The notes beneath the pieces are model-generated. The model saw only the letters and a program-made list of their open reading frames with translations. It was not told the DNA's origin and ran no database searches. A stretch of DNA of 61,762 nucleotides, taken from a virus. Taxonomy: Duplodnaviria > Caudoviricetes. The stretch's first letter is position 1; each line of letters opens with the position of its first letter. The position numbers and the translations under genes are program-made. This document shows positions 1 through 9,746 of the stretch, piece by piece. The stretch is taken from IMG/VR virus record IMGVR_UViG_3300020182_000034, positions 1 to 61,762 of that record; one strand, written 5' to 3'.

Positions 1-2482
1 TAGTAATCGTATAAATACCTTTCTCAATTTTGATCGTATCTCCCGCAGCAAAAACTGACGTTAAATCCTGATTAACATACAAAGTTGTAGTACCTTGCGT
101 AATTCTACCTTTAGCAGTCAGCAAATTAAGAACTTTAGATTTCAACAAGTCACCTTCTTGTACTTCTATATCTAACTTCGCACCAGGACTCGTAGTACCA
201 ATACCTACATTACCATTGGAGTCGATACGCATCGCTTCTGTAAAGCCACTTTTAAGGAATCGTAAAGCATTATCAGTATTGTTGTAAACAATGCCTCCAT
301 TTAATTCTTTATCAGCGTCTCCAAATGAAATACCAGCATTGCCATTCGCTCCGCTTACAATAGAAGCATAAGTGTTTGTGTTGGCTAATGTTGTATCCCT
401 TACTTGAAGCTTTTGAGAAGGACTCGTAGTACCAATACCTACATTGCCGTTTAACCCGATACGCATTCGTTCAGCGTTTACTTCGTTCGACTGCGTAACA
501 AAAGCTAAATACCCATCACTTGCAGTTGTGTGAGAGGATACGATCCTGCTCGAGACTCTGCTGACTCCATTCAGATCACCACAAGTATTAAAGTCAATAG
601 AAGCGAAAGTATTTGCGCCGGAATAAAGATTCTCAACAAGAAGTGTCGATGGCCCTTTCTGACCGACAAGAATGGATGGATCGTATACAACTTGACTGTC
701 ACCCACTAAAGATAGTCCGCTACTAGGACTCGTAGTACCAATACCTACATTGCCGTCGGAATTGATACGCATTCTTTCCTCCTCAGCAGGTCCACTTCTT
801 GTAGAGAATGTAATATGTTTCCCCGCCTCAAGGTTTGCGATATCAAAAACTGATGCCTTAGGATGAGTACTACTGTAGCGCCTGAATCCTGCAGATCCTG
901 CAGGGTATTCATCATTTCCAAGAAGCAAAAGGGTCAAAGCACCCTGTTCATCGCTTGTGTTTGCAACAGACAGTCTAACATCACCGTCCGCATTAGATCC
1001 TTGCACGTCTAATTTAGCGCCAGGACTCGCAGTACCAATACCAACATTGCCGTCAGTATTAATAAACATACCCCCATCGAGACTTTGGTCGCCACTTGTC
1101 GTTATTGCTAAATTTCTATTGTTTGTGTTGACGTGAGCGATTCCGCTTCCTTGACCAATTCCGTTCGCACCTTCCCAACTACTATCTTGAAAAATATCTA
1201 ACAAGGAGGCACTTTCATCTTCAACCCTTGATATTCTGAAAGCTCGAGTGTCCGCCGCTACATTCGCTATGTGCAATCGGGACGTGGGAACGGTTGCGCC
1301 GATACCTACATTGCCTGAGGAAGTGATACGCATCTTAGCACTACCAGAGCCGTGAGGTAGTCCATTACCCAGAACTGTCGTAACATGTTCTGTGTGGAAC
1401 TCAATACCACCATTATCGGCAGACCCAGTTCCGAAGCCTGCTTTAAGTATCAAGTTACTCCCTGTAACAGAATTTCCACCGTCAGATACACCTTGACTAG
1501 TAGGTGCTTGTATAACACCCGTTGCACCCCTAATGCCTACTGTAAGGTCACCGTCAACTGTAAGTTTAGAGCTAGGAGTCGTAGTACCAATACCTACATT
1601 GCCGCCTATAAAATAAGAATGTCCTTCAGAATTTAAGAACACCTTTAAATTACCCAACGCATTGCCCAGTTGAAGATTACCAATTTTATTTGTCCCATGC
1701 CCTATGGAGGCATGAGATATTGCAGTCGCGCCTGATAAAGTAGTAACCGCAACAGTTTGGGATGCGCCCGTGTCTGAATGAATTTGTAATTTCCTGCTAG
1801 GACTCGTAGTACCAATACCTACATTACCTCCATCTTGTATGAATATTCCGTTTTCATCATCATCAAAAAGAGATAGTCCCGCAGAATCCCTGGCGGTAAT
1901 CTTATCCGTAAATATGTATTTTCCATCAGCCACTCCAATATTTTCGCTAGAATTCCAAGAAGCTGTAGAGCTAGACCAGTCAATTGTTTTGTCTGTAGAA
2001 CCTTTTAAGGTAATTCCTCCTCCGTGTGCGGTTATGTCTGTTGGAGCGTCAACCTGCCCCAGTTCAATATTTTTATCATCAACAGACAAGGTCGTTGAGT
2101 TGATAATGGTTTGCGTGCCGTCCAAGGTTAAATCTCCGCCAACATACAAGTCTCCTTCAACAACTCCCGCCCCTCCCACATACAACTTGTTACCTACTTG
2201 ATTAATTGAAAGTTGATCGTCTTCCCCCACCGATAAAGATCCGCTAATACGAGCGCTTCCGTTGAGAGTGGTGAATCCATCAACATCCATATTCCCAGTG
2301 ATCGTAGCATTACCACTGATCGTCGAATTCCCTTGGATCGTCGAATTCCCTTGGATTAAGGAATCTTTCTTAGATATGAAGTCATTTTCTATAATAACTA
2401 ATTGACCTGTTGATTGGATATCATCTATCCAGATAGTTTTTCCGCTGATAATGTCTGAATTGAATATGTTTTTAGAGCTCAT
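1..2482 (-). CDS. Long tail fibre protein with GNVGIGTTSP-anchored modules (3' partial, runs off the window; absent from the ORF track)
   Basis: ATG at 2482 reads MSSKNIFNSDIISGKTIWIDDIQ...; contains GDLTLDGTQTIINSTTLSVDDKNIELG and seven in-frame (RMRI)xxxGNVGIG(T/A)xxP repeats typical of phage fibres. Confidence 0.85.
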   Translation of the reverse strand, partial: MSSKNIFNSDIISGKTIWIDDIQSTGQLVIIENDFISKKDSLIQGNSTIQGNSTISGNATITGNMDVDGFTTLNGSARISGSLSVGEDDQLSINQVGNKLYVGGAGVVEGDLYVGGDLTLDGTQTIINSTTLSVDDKNIELGQVDAPTDITAHGGGITLKGSTDKTIDWSSSTASWNSSENIGVADGKYIFTDKITARDSAGLSLFDDDENGIFIQDGGNVGIGTTSPSRKLQIHSDTGASQTVAVTTLSGATAISHASIGHGTNKIGNLQLGNALGNLKVFLNSEGHSYFIGGNVGIGTTTPSSKLTVDGDLTVGIRGATGVIQAPTSQGVSDGGNSVTGSNLILKAGFGTGSADNGGIEFHTEHVTTVLGNGLPHGSGSAKMRITSSGNVGIGATVPTSRLHIANVAADTRAFRISRVEDESASLLDIFQDSSWEGANGIGQGSGIAHVNTNNRNLAITTSGDQSLDGGMFINTDGNVGIGTASPGAKLDVQGSNADGDVRLSVANTSDEQGALTLLLLGNDEYPAGSAGFRRYSSTHPKASVFDIANLEAGKHITFSTRSGPAEEERMRINSDGNVGIGTTSPSSGLSLVGDSQVVYDPSILVGQKGPSTLLVENLYSGANTFASIDFNTCGDLNGVSRVSSRIVSSHTTASDGYLAFVTQSNEVNAERMRIGLNGNVGIGTTSPSQKLQVRDTTLANTNTYASIVSGANGNAGISFGDADKELNGGIVYNNTDNALRFLKSGFTEAMRIDSNGNVGIGTTSPGAKLDIEVQEGDLLKSKVLNLLTAKGRITQGTTTLYVNQDLTSVFAAGDTIKIEKGIYTIT
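185..1825. repeat. Dispersed 27-bp repeat AGGACTCGTAGTACCAATACCTACATT (encodes NVGIGTTSP on the minus strand)
   Basis: Identical copies at 185, 419, 725, 1799; near-identical at 1022 and 1574; degenerate at 1286; spacings 234, 306, 297, 264, 288, 225 are all multiples of 3. Confidence 0.9.
2318..2356. repeat. 18-bp tandem duplication GATCGTCGAATTCCCTTG (IQGNST x2)
   Basis: Read directly; in frame within the fibre gene. Confidence 0.9.
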
Positions 2483-2490
2483 TTTAATGT

Positions 2491-2497
2491 ATTACAC
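2491..2497 (-). promoter_or_regulatory. GTGTAAT motif, putative phage late promoter
   Basis: 8 nt upstream of ATG 2482; the same motif recurs before other structural genes. Confidence 0.55.
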
Positions 2498-2507
2498 AGT
2501 TTTTGGT

Positions 2508-4733
2508 TTATCTGACCGCATGAGTGTGAATTTTGCAGGCAGATTTTAAGGTTGACCCGAACACTATATTGTAAGAGTTTTGAGATATACCTGAAACGAG
2601 ATGAGGTATCAGCGGCCCATTAACCTCAATTCCTGCAGAAACAACAGGCGTAGACGGAAAAGTGTTTGGAAAATTAACTTGATAGGAATCTTGTCCAGGA
2701 ATTAAATCTGTAATGAATGACTGGGTTGTTGTTTTATTAACTGACGATTGACCTGTCGCTCTTACTGATGTGTGGATTTTATAAGAATCATTTGGTAGGG
2801 ACATTCCAAAATTAACATAATACTCTGAATTATTAACACCTGATATAAAGTACGGCACTATAGCTCCACCTTCATTATTTTCTAAAGAAAGCGTTACTGC
2901 AGGTTTTTCTCCAAAAGTTTTTGGGAAATCAATTTTGTACGCGTCGCTACCCCCGACCAGATCGGTAACAAAAGATACCACCTCATCAGAACCCCCAAAA
3001 ACTCTCTCCCATTTTCCATCCTCCCCTGTAGTCAATAAGCATTCTAAATAAGCGTCTCCAGTAACAGATAATTCTCCAATAGGGGCGTCGGTATTAATTC
3101 CAAGAAAACCTTCTTTTGATAACCTTACCTGTTCAACCCCGCTTGTGTAAAAAATTATATTATCTCCGTTTCGCTCATCAAGAGATATGGAGGTTGAAGC
3201 TCCCGCAGTTAAGCTTATTTTGTTGTCAGTAAATTGAATAAAAGTGTCTGCATCTCCTAAGTGGTATAAATTCTCCCCAAGGTAAAGGTCTTCGGCAATT
3301 GTTTCGCTCCCTTCAATCAATGAATTGCCAGTCTGAGTTCTGTTTCCGCTTAAGAATGTATTTCCAACTCGATAGGAAGTTCCTACCAACGAATAATCTC
3401 CAGTCATAAAAGAATTTCCAATCAAATGAAAATCTCCAGTGTGCCAAAAATCACCCCTCATGTTTACGTTTCCTGTTTGGATTGTGTTTCCAATAATAAA
3501 CTCAGAACCCTCTCTGTAGGAATTTCCGGTTTGACTTAAATTTCCAAGCAGATTCAAGCTTCCAGTTTGATAAACATCTCCTGTGTAAAAAGAGTTTCCT
3601 GTGATGTGAATATCTCCCACAATAGAAGAATCTCCAACTCTCAAATAGTTCCCTTCGAGCCTTGAGTTTCCTGTCGCACTAACATCTCCGACAAAACAAG
3701 AATCTCCTGACACATGCAATGTACAATGAGGATCTATAGACTTAGTGAATTCATGAGTCTCCACTCCTGAAAAATTAAAGTGCGAGATTTTCCAAAAATT
3801 ACCTGTAATTATTTTTTCTGCAATTAATCTATACTTGGAATATTTTATGGGGTAATAGTTGTCTAAAGAAAATGATGTAGCTTCTCCTATGTTATTATAT
3901 TCGGTTGAGCTTAAATTCTGAACTTCGTGAATAGTCCTCCAGTCTTGCCCGTTATTCGAAGCGACAACCTTTAAGTTTTCTGCCGAATTTTCTATATCAG
4001 ATCTAAAGATTGAGAAACCTTTGTAATTGAAGGGTGTCGGAAAATCTATACCAACCCAGCAGCCGCCCATTTCTCTATGTATGTCATCTGGAGAAAAAGA
4101 ATGCCCATCCAAAGATAAATCGTTCTCAAGGTTCTGCTGCGAGCTTGGCATGTTTGAGTTATAGTATCCAGAAGGTTCATATATTGGGTAAGAAGATACA
4201 GAAGTGTTTAAGTTTGGCTGACCAATCCCGATAAAATCTAATCCGTCTGTATAAGTTGACTCGTCAATTCCTCCTCCGTAATTATATTGAGTGTATCCAT
4301 CTGAATAATTTGGGTAATCACTAAAAACATCCCTCACTACCCTTCTGTCTGTAAAATGTAAACCAACTCCCAGTCTTTCGAAAAGGCCGCTTTGACCAAC
4401 AAAAATGTTTCCACTTATATCTCCTGTTTCTGTTATATCAATAATTTCGTTCATGTATATATTATTCAAAAATGTACATGAATCTGCGAATGTTTTTTCT
4501 CCGCTAATTAATTGATTGCCTGTTAGGAATACTGAATTATCTAATATGGATTTTTTTAAATTTTTATATTGTATTTTTTCATTATATTCTCCAGAATTTG
4601 ATAGCAAGAATAGTACTTCATTGTCTTTATTGCCTTGCGTATTAATTGATGCGCTGTACGGAAAAGGTTCTAAGCCATCAGACACAAGTTTTTTTGTGTG
4701 AATTAAATTTGATATTCTGTTATCTTTATTCAT
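2508..4733 (-). CDS. Putative tail fibre/virion appendage protein with (T/I)GN/GD beta-strand repeats, a discoidin-like insert and two C-terminal FPxTF repeats
   Basis: 741 aa; GFLGINTDAP fibre motif; VVASNNGQDW...KYSKYRL resembles F5/8 type C; paralogous to the adjacent ORF. Confidence 0.6.
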   Translation of the reverse strand: MNKDNRISNLIHTKKLVSDGLEPFPYSASINTQGNKDNEVLFLLSNSGEYNEKIQYKNLKKSILDNSVFLTGNQLISGEKTFADSCTFLNNIYMNEIIDITETGDISGNIFVGQSGLFERLGVGLHFTDRRVVRDVFSDYPNYSDGYTQYNYGGGIDESTYTDGLDFIGIGQPNLNTSVSSYPIYEPSGYYNSNMPSSQQNLENDLSLDGHSFSPDDIHREMGGCWVGIDFPTPFNYKGFSIFRSDIENSAENLKVVASNNGQDWRTIHEVQNLSSTEYNNIGEATSFSLDNYYPIKYSKYRLIAEKIITGNFWKISHFNFSGVETHEFTKSIDPHCTLHVSGDSCFVGDVSATGNSRLEGNYLRVGDSSIVGDIHITGNSFYTGDVYQTGSLNLLGNLSQTGNSYREGSEFIIGNTIQTGNVNMRGDFWHTGDFHLIGNSFMTGDYSLVGTSYRVGNTFLSGNRTQTGNSLIEGSETIAEDLYLGENLYHLGDADTFIQFTDNKISLTAGASTSISLDERNGDNIIFYTSGVEQVRLSKEGFLGINTDAPIGELSVTGDAYLECLLTTGEDGKWERVFGGSDEVVSFVTDLVGGSDAYKIDFPKTFGEKPAVTLSLENNEGGAIVPYFISGVNNSEYYVNFGMSLPNDSYKIHTSVRATGQSSVNKTTTQSFITDLIPGQDSYQVNFPNTFPSTPVVSAGIEVNGPLIPHLVSGISQNSYNIVFGSTLKSACKIHTHAVR

Positions 4734-6433
4734 TATCCTAGTCTTTTTGTTCCTTGAGCGCTGGAAAAAGTGTGTATTGTATAATCTTGGTTAACATTGG
4801 TGCCGAAAATAATTTTATATGAACTATTATTTACACTAGATATTGCATAAGGAATTATGTTGTTTGGACCTTCTATGGTAACTGTCACTATAGGTTTGGA
4901 TGAATAGCCGAATGGAAAGGTTATTTCGTGTTCGTTTGAGTCTTGCTGGATCCTTGTGCTGAACCTTTGTATTCCATGCCTATTTGACGCATGATCCGAG
5001 CATGTTACTTGCGGAAAGTTAGAATAATGAATAGCATTTACTTCATCCAAGACTGACGGAGATAAAGCTGTTGTGTGCAAGTGGTAATGTTTGTCTGGAA
5101 GTGTGGAACCTAGTTTTAAAACAAAATCTCTAGTGCTTACATTCGATATGATTAAGGGAAGAATTATTCCTCCGTTTTCGTGCTGTAATTCCGCAGATAT
5201 AATAGGCTTTACTTTGAATGTTTTTGGTAGTTCAATTTTGTATTCTTCTTCACCCTCTTTCAGGTGGGTTTTGAAGGCTACAGTTTCGTCATCCCCTCCA
5301 AAGACTTTTCTAAATTTTCTGCCACAATCTCGGTCGTAGGCAAAAGCGTTTTCCAGAAACGCTTCTCCAGTTACGGATAGTTCAGCTATTGGGGTCGTCG
5401 TGTTTATGCCTATAAACCCCTCTTTTGTTTGGCGCATTTGTTCTTCGCCGCTTGTAAAAAATTTGACTGATTCTTCTCCGTTTTCTTCTAAGCTGATGCT
5501 CGTTGTTGTTCCAGCCTCTATATCTATTTTATTGTTTGTCAATCTAACAAGGGTGTCTTCATCATTTTTGTGATAAACGGTTTGACCTAAGTAAATATCA
5601 TCACTGACTGTTTGATCTCCGAATAAGAGCGAATTGCCCGTGAGCGTTAAGCTTCCGCTGTAAAAGTCTTGGCCTTGTTGGTTTAGGTCTCCAGTTTTGG
5701 TCGACGTTCCCTCTTCAAATAAATTATTAAGTAATGACGTGTTCCCGGTGATAGTTAACTCTCCAGAAGAAAATTTATTTCCGGTCTGCGAGGAGTCCCC
5801 TAGGATAAAATCGCTACCCTTCCTTAACACATCTCCACTCGCAATGGACAACCCTTGGTGGTATACATTTCCTATATTGTATGCATTTCCAGCTTGATCG
5901 ATGTCTCCAGCAATTAATAAATCACCCGATAAACTCGTATGCCCAATAATTAAAGAGCTGCCTTCGTGTTGCAAGTTTCCTGTTTGAGTTGTGTTTCCAA
6001 AAAAACAAGAGTCTCCAGATATCTCAAGAGAACAATTTATATCAGACTCTCTTTCGAAAAAACTGCTTCCAATGCCAACGTTGTTAAACAATCCGCTTTC
6101 GGAAACAAAAATATAACCGCTCATATCTCCATTGCTGGATTTAAATTCATTAACGTTTACGCGGCTCAAGAAAGTGCATGGGTCTGCAAATATTTTGGAC
6201 CCACTAATCAGTTGATTACCTGTGAGGTATATTGAGTTGTCAAGTACTGAGTTTTTTAAATTAGAGTAAGAAATTTTTTCATTTCTAATTTTTGGTCTAG
6301 CCAGTAGGAAGTCAATGCTTTTGTCTCGTTGCGTTGCCAACTCTATAGTGGCTGAAGCAGGAAACGGTTCAAGCGTTAAGTCGGAAACTAATATCTCCTT
6401 CTCTTGTAAATCTGAAATTCTTTTATTGGGCAT
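4733..6433 (-). CDS. Putative tail fibre/virion appendage protein, paralogue of 2508..4733
   Basis: Start moved to ATG 6433 (MPNKRISDL aligns with the paralogue's MNKDNRISNL); shares LTGNQLISGxKxFAD, GFIGINTxxPIxELSVTG and C-terminal repeats. Confidence 0.6.
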   Translation of the reverse strand: MPNKRISDLQEKEILVSDLTLEPFPASATIELATQRDKSIDFLLARPKIRNEKISYSNLKNSVLDNSIYLTGNQLISGSKIFADPCTFLSRVNVNEFKSSNGDMSGYIFVSESGLFNNVGIGSSFFERESDINCSLEISGDSCFFGNTTQTGNLQHEGSSLIIGHTSLSGDLLIAGDIDQAGNAYNIGNVYHQGLSIASGDVLRKGSDFILGDSSQTGNKFSSGELTITGNTSLLNNLFEEGTSTKTGDLNQQGQDFYSGSLTLTGNSLLFGDQTVSDDIYLGQTVYHKNDEDTLVRLTNNKIDIEAGTTTSISLEENGEESVKFFTSGEEQMRQTKEGFIGINTTTPIAELSVTGEAFLENAFAYDRDCGRKFRKVFGGDDETVAFKTHLKEGEEEYKIELPKTFKVKPIISAELQHENGGIILPLIISNVSTRDFVLKLGSTLPDKHYHLHTTALSPSVLDEVNAIHYSNFPQVTCSDHASNRHGIQRFSTRIQQDSNEHEITFPFGYSSKPIVTVTIEGPNNIIPYAISSVNNSSYKIIFGTNVNQDYTIHTFSSAQGTKRLG

Positions 6434-6450
6434 GGCAGGTCTTTTAATTA

Positions 6451-6477
6451 TACACTTAATTGCCAAAAAGGTGTAAT
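6451..6477. promoter_or_regulatory. Back-to-back GTGTA motifs (TACAC-N15-GTGTA) between divergent genes
   Basis: tacac 6451-6455 and gtgtaat 6471-6477; ATGs at 6433 (-) and 6485 (+). Confidence 0.6.
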
Positions 6478-6484
6478 CAGTTTA

Positions 6485-7612
6485 ATGACTGAAATATCTC
6501 CTAATAGAATTACCTATGAAAGGCTCGGGATTTTGGTCTCAGATTTTCCCGCATACAAGACTCAAGGATCTACTTTTCAGAATTTAATTAGAGTTCAGGA
6601 TGTGAATTATGCGTTCTCTCATCCAGCTTTAGATATAAAATCTATAGGTTCTGACAACCTTGTCGCTCGAGACGGCGAATCTCCTATAGTCAGGCAGGCG
6701 GACGTTAATTGCGATATGTCTTATCTTTTTTCAAGTGGAGAAAACGAGGAAGCCATCGGTCTTCATCTGGGCCCAAGTTACACAATAATGAAAAACTTCT
6801 TTGACGAGCAGGATCATGATGATGTTAATTTAATGATAGTGGTTGCAAGCGATGCATGCCACGCAGATTTAAATCATATAGAGGATCAGCAAAAATTTGA
6901 AGGTTATAATGTCATAGGTGTTGGTAATTGTTTTTTAAATAATTATGCATATCAGGCGTCAGTGGGTCAACTACCTTCTGTGTCAATATCGTACGACGCA
7001 AGCAATATGAAGTTCGACACTTACGAGGACTCTAACCCACCCACTTTGCCATCAATAAAATTGGGGGTTGATAATCAATTTTCCTCAGAAGTCATAACGA
7101 TAAATAAAAATACATTCGATCCTGGAGAAGTTCCTGGAGCTAACGTTGTTATGCCTGGAGATATTCTTGTTGAGATTACAAAAAAAGCAGGAAATTACGG
7201 AGGGGTCCCACTCGAAAAAGTGAATGCAGCAATTCAAAACATATCTATCGAGGTTCCTATTGAGCGTCAAACTATTTATGGTTTTGGTAGCAATTATGTT
7301 TTTGATAGAAAATTAAAACTTCCGATTATTGGATCTAGCTCAATTGATATGATCGTTCGAGAGTTTGATGAGGGCCAAATTGATTCTTTTTTCACCCAGG
7401 GATCTATGTATGATATGGTCATCAAGCATAACAGTCGAAATTTTGAAGATGGCGAGGTTAGGCTTGCTTCTACAGTCAACACTTTTAAAATTGAAGACGC
7501 TCAGCTAAAGCAACAAAATTATAGAGCAGGTATTCAGGGAGAACTTTCCGTTTCTACCTCATTCTCTTTCGGAATAAGCTCCACAAAAGGCTTAAAGCTT
7601 TATAGGCAATAA
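6485..7612 (+). CDS. Tail tube-like protein, paralogue of 7663..9678
   Basis: Shares RVQxxNY, GxNE, VIxxGNxFxxNYxxxASVGxxP, PGDI and IQxxSIxVPxxR blocks with the 671-aa ORF. Confidence 0.55.
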   Translation: MTEISPNRITYERLGILVSDFPAYKTQGSTFQNLIRVQDVNYAFSHPALDIKSIGSDNLVARDGESPIVRQADVNCDMSYLFSSGENEEAIGLHLGPSYTIMKNFFDEQDHDDVNLMIVVASDACHADLNHIEDQQKFEGYNVIGVGNCFLNNYAYQASVGQLPSVSISYDASNMKFDTYEDSNPPTLPSIKLGVDNQFSSEVITINKNTFDPGEVPGANVVMPGDILVEITKKAGNYGGVPLEKVNAAIQNISIEVPIERQTIYGFGSNYVFDRKLKLPIIGSSSIDMIVREFDEGQIDSFFTQGSMYDMVIKHNSRNFEDGEVRLASTVNTFKIEDAQLKQQNYRAGIQGELSVSTSFSFGISSTKGLKLYRQ

Positions 7613-7640
7613 AAAACCCGCCTGTTTAAAGGCGGGTTTT
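7611..7640. terminator. Bidirectional intrinsic terminator
   Basis: AAAACCCGCCT-gtttaa-AGGCGGGTTTT hairpin with A/T tracts, between convergent genes. Confidence 0.85.
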
Positions 7641-7662
7641 CGTGAGAGGTTTGGGTTAAATT

Positions 7663-9678
7663 TTACGAATATTCGTTTTGAATTGTTAGGGCGTTTCTTG
7701 ATCCAAGGAGGAAGATTCCTCTCGCTTTATCTTCTGGCCCACCAATTTGAGCGGTGAATGTAAGGTCTACCGATTTGTTATCTCCAATGCTTGAGCTAAA
7801 GGACTCTCCTTCAAGAAGGGCTCCTTTGATAACATACTGCATTGCTACAGGGCCATCACCAAGAGGGCTTGGTTCGCGCAAAGTAAATACTAAATCGTGC
7901 TCTTCTGTGTTCCATATTAAGTCAGCTATATTTCCTTCTTTTAAATCTGCCAAAATAGCGTTTACGGATATTGAAACATTTACGGGGTAGTCGAGAACTC
8001 GACTGTATCCGTATGGAGTTCCCAGCCTGTTTAATACAGATCTTGAAAGAGGAACGTCGATACTAAAGCTTTGAATATGGGCTGAACCCGCAACGGAATA
8101 GTCTTCGTTGGGGTCGTCGTTAATTCCCACAACATCTCCATCATTAAAGACGCCAGACTCTTCAATATCCCAATAGTTGGTATCTGAAGCTCCAGGAGTG
8201 TTGTTTTCGTTGCCCGCAGTCAAGGATTTGTAAATTTTTGTTGTTACTTTTTGCCAGTAAGCGGAAGAAGTTAACTTTATATCCGCAGTAATGTCTGTAG
8301 CAATATCAGATAAAACAGCAACTGTCCATCCAGCAGCGCCCGAAGGAGTTCCTACTCCAGCAACTGCTCCACTTGTGCTTTTGTAATACTTGCTGTCCAC
8401 CGCGTCAAAGACTAGGTCTCCCGCGACGTAAGTGGTGGTGTCGTCATAGGCCACTGGCAGTGTATTTATTTTATAATAAGAAGTTGGGGTTGCGGCATCT
8501 TTATAGATTTCATCTTTTGTTAAGGTGAGTGTTCCATCGTTGACCAGCACGCTGTTGATAAAAGTTCCCACTTTTTCGAAGAAATTATCTCCAAGCTTGA
8601 CGTGAACAACCGCCGCATCTGTAAAGTCAATTACGCTACTGCTTGTATCCTGAAGATTAGATAAGCTTAATTTTGTTACCTCTGTTGCTGCAGCTTGCTC
8701 GCTAGTACTAGCCTGCAAAACCTTAACTCTATCTCCAAGTTTGTATTCCTTACTTGACGACCAATCATCAAGATATGGAGCTGAAAAACCTCCAACTGTA
8801 TCTCCATAACCTGCACCCCCTCGAGGGTCATTTCCTGGAAGAAGTTCAAATTCTGCAGCTCGGCCATCTGTTCCAAGAGATAATGTTATATCTCCAGGGC
8901 GCAAACAAGACCAACCTTCTGTTTCCGCATCTGTGTCTGAGGCGCTGTCGTTTAAGACTCCACTAACTGCAGGCGGAATGCTAAACTCAGAACCTTCTAT
9001 AGGTGTACCATAATTTGTATTAACAGCAGGAATCGCAAGGTCTTTTGATCCCACATAACTTCTTAAATTCAATCCATCAACAGTTACATTTGCAGTTGGC
9101 ATGCCTCCTACAGAAGCCTCTATTGAATAATTTGATACAAACCCATTTCCTAAAGCAATAACAGTTTGATTGTCTGTGTCAGAATTACCTACTGCATCAT
9201 GACCTTCGCATGTAGTAAGTATATAAAAGTTTTTTCCTGCTGAATTGATTGCAGCTCCACAAGTAACTCCGTCAACAATTTCGCTTGATAAAGCGCTTTT
9301 GTCTCCAGAAACGTTCATGCCCATTAATTTTTCGTTAATTCCGTTGGTCAAATAATATGAAAAGTCGAGAGTGACTGTGGGCGGCTCAATTGATACAGAA
9401 TCAACACGAGCAAGTTGGCCAAATTGATTAACGTCTTGTCTATTTAAAGAAAAGCTGTAATTTGCGCTTTGTACCCTTCTGAGTTGTTGAATTCCAGTTC
9501 TTACGGACCCTCCTGCCGCGATTGCTTCTGCATCTGTTTTGTGTGTTGTTTTTACAACTGGAGTTGCGTCCCAGTTAGATGATGCGCTAAAATGATCGCC
9601 TGTTGCGTCAACTGTACCAATGTACAGCGCCTCGCTTTGATAAATTACTCTTGCTCGTCCTGGTAGATTGTTTGCCAT
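7663..9678 (-). CDS. Probable major tail tube protein with an internal CBM5/12-like insertion
   Basis: 671 aa; strong terminator downstream; sits by head-tail and chaperone genes; insert has WSSSKEYKLGDRV and YDDTTTYVAGDLV motifs. Confidence 0.6.
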   Translation of the reverse strand: MANNLPGRARVIYQSEALYIGTVDATGDHFSASSNWDATPVVKTTHKTDAEAIAAGGSVRTGIQQLRRVQSANYSFSLNRQDVNQFGQLARVDSVSIEPPTVTLDFSYYLTNGINEKLMGMNVSGDKSALSSEIVDGVTCGAAINSAGKNFYILTTCEGHDAVGNSDTDNQTVIALGNGFVSNYSIEASVGGMPTANVTVDGLNLRSYVGSKDLAIPAVNTNYGTPIEGSEFSIPPAVSGVLNDSASDTDAETEGWSCLRPGDITLSLGTDGRAAEFELLPGNDPRGGAGYGDTVGGFSAPYLDDWSSSKEYKLGDRVKVLQASTSEQAAATEVTKLSLSNLQDTSSSVIDFTDAAVVHVKLGDNFFEKVGTFINSVLVNDGTLTLTKDEIYKDAATPTSYYKINTLPVAYDDTTTYVAGDLVFDAVDSKYYKSTSGAVAGVGTPSGAAGWTVAVLSDIATDITADIKLTSSAYWQKVTTKIYKSLTAGNENNTPGASDTNYWDIEESGVFNDGDVVGINDDPNEDYSVAGSAHIQSFSIDVPLSRSVLNRLGTPYGYSRVLDYPVNVSISVNAILADLKEGNIADLIWNTEEHDLVFTLREPSPLGDGPVAMQYVIKGALLEGESFSSSIGDNKSVDLTFTAQIGGPEDKARGIFLLGSRNALTIQNEYS

Positions 9679-9746
9679 AATATTGTTTGATTAAAAATTG
9701 GTTTCTGTTAATGTTACATTTTTTCTATAAGAAAGGGAAGAAAATT

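Noticed and set aside
185-1825. 27-bp repeats as a CRISPR array
   Set aside because: Intervals are 200-280 bp, all in frame within a coding gene, and no cas genes are present
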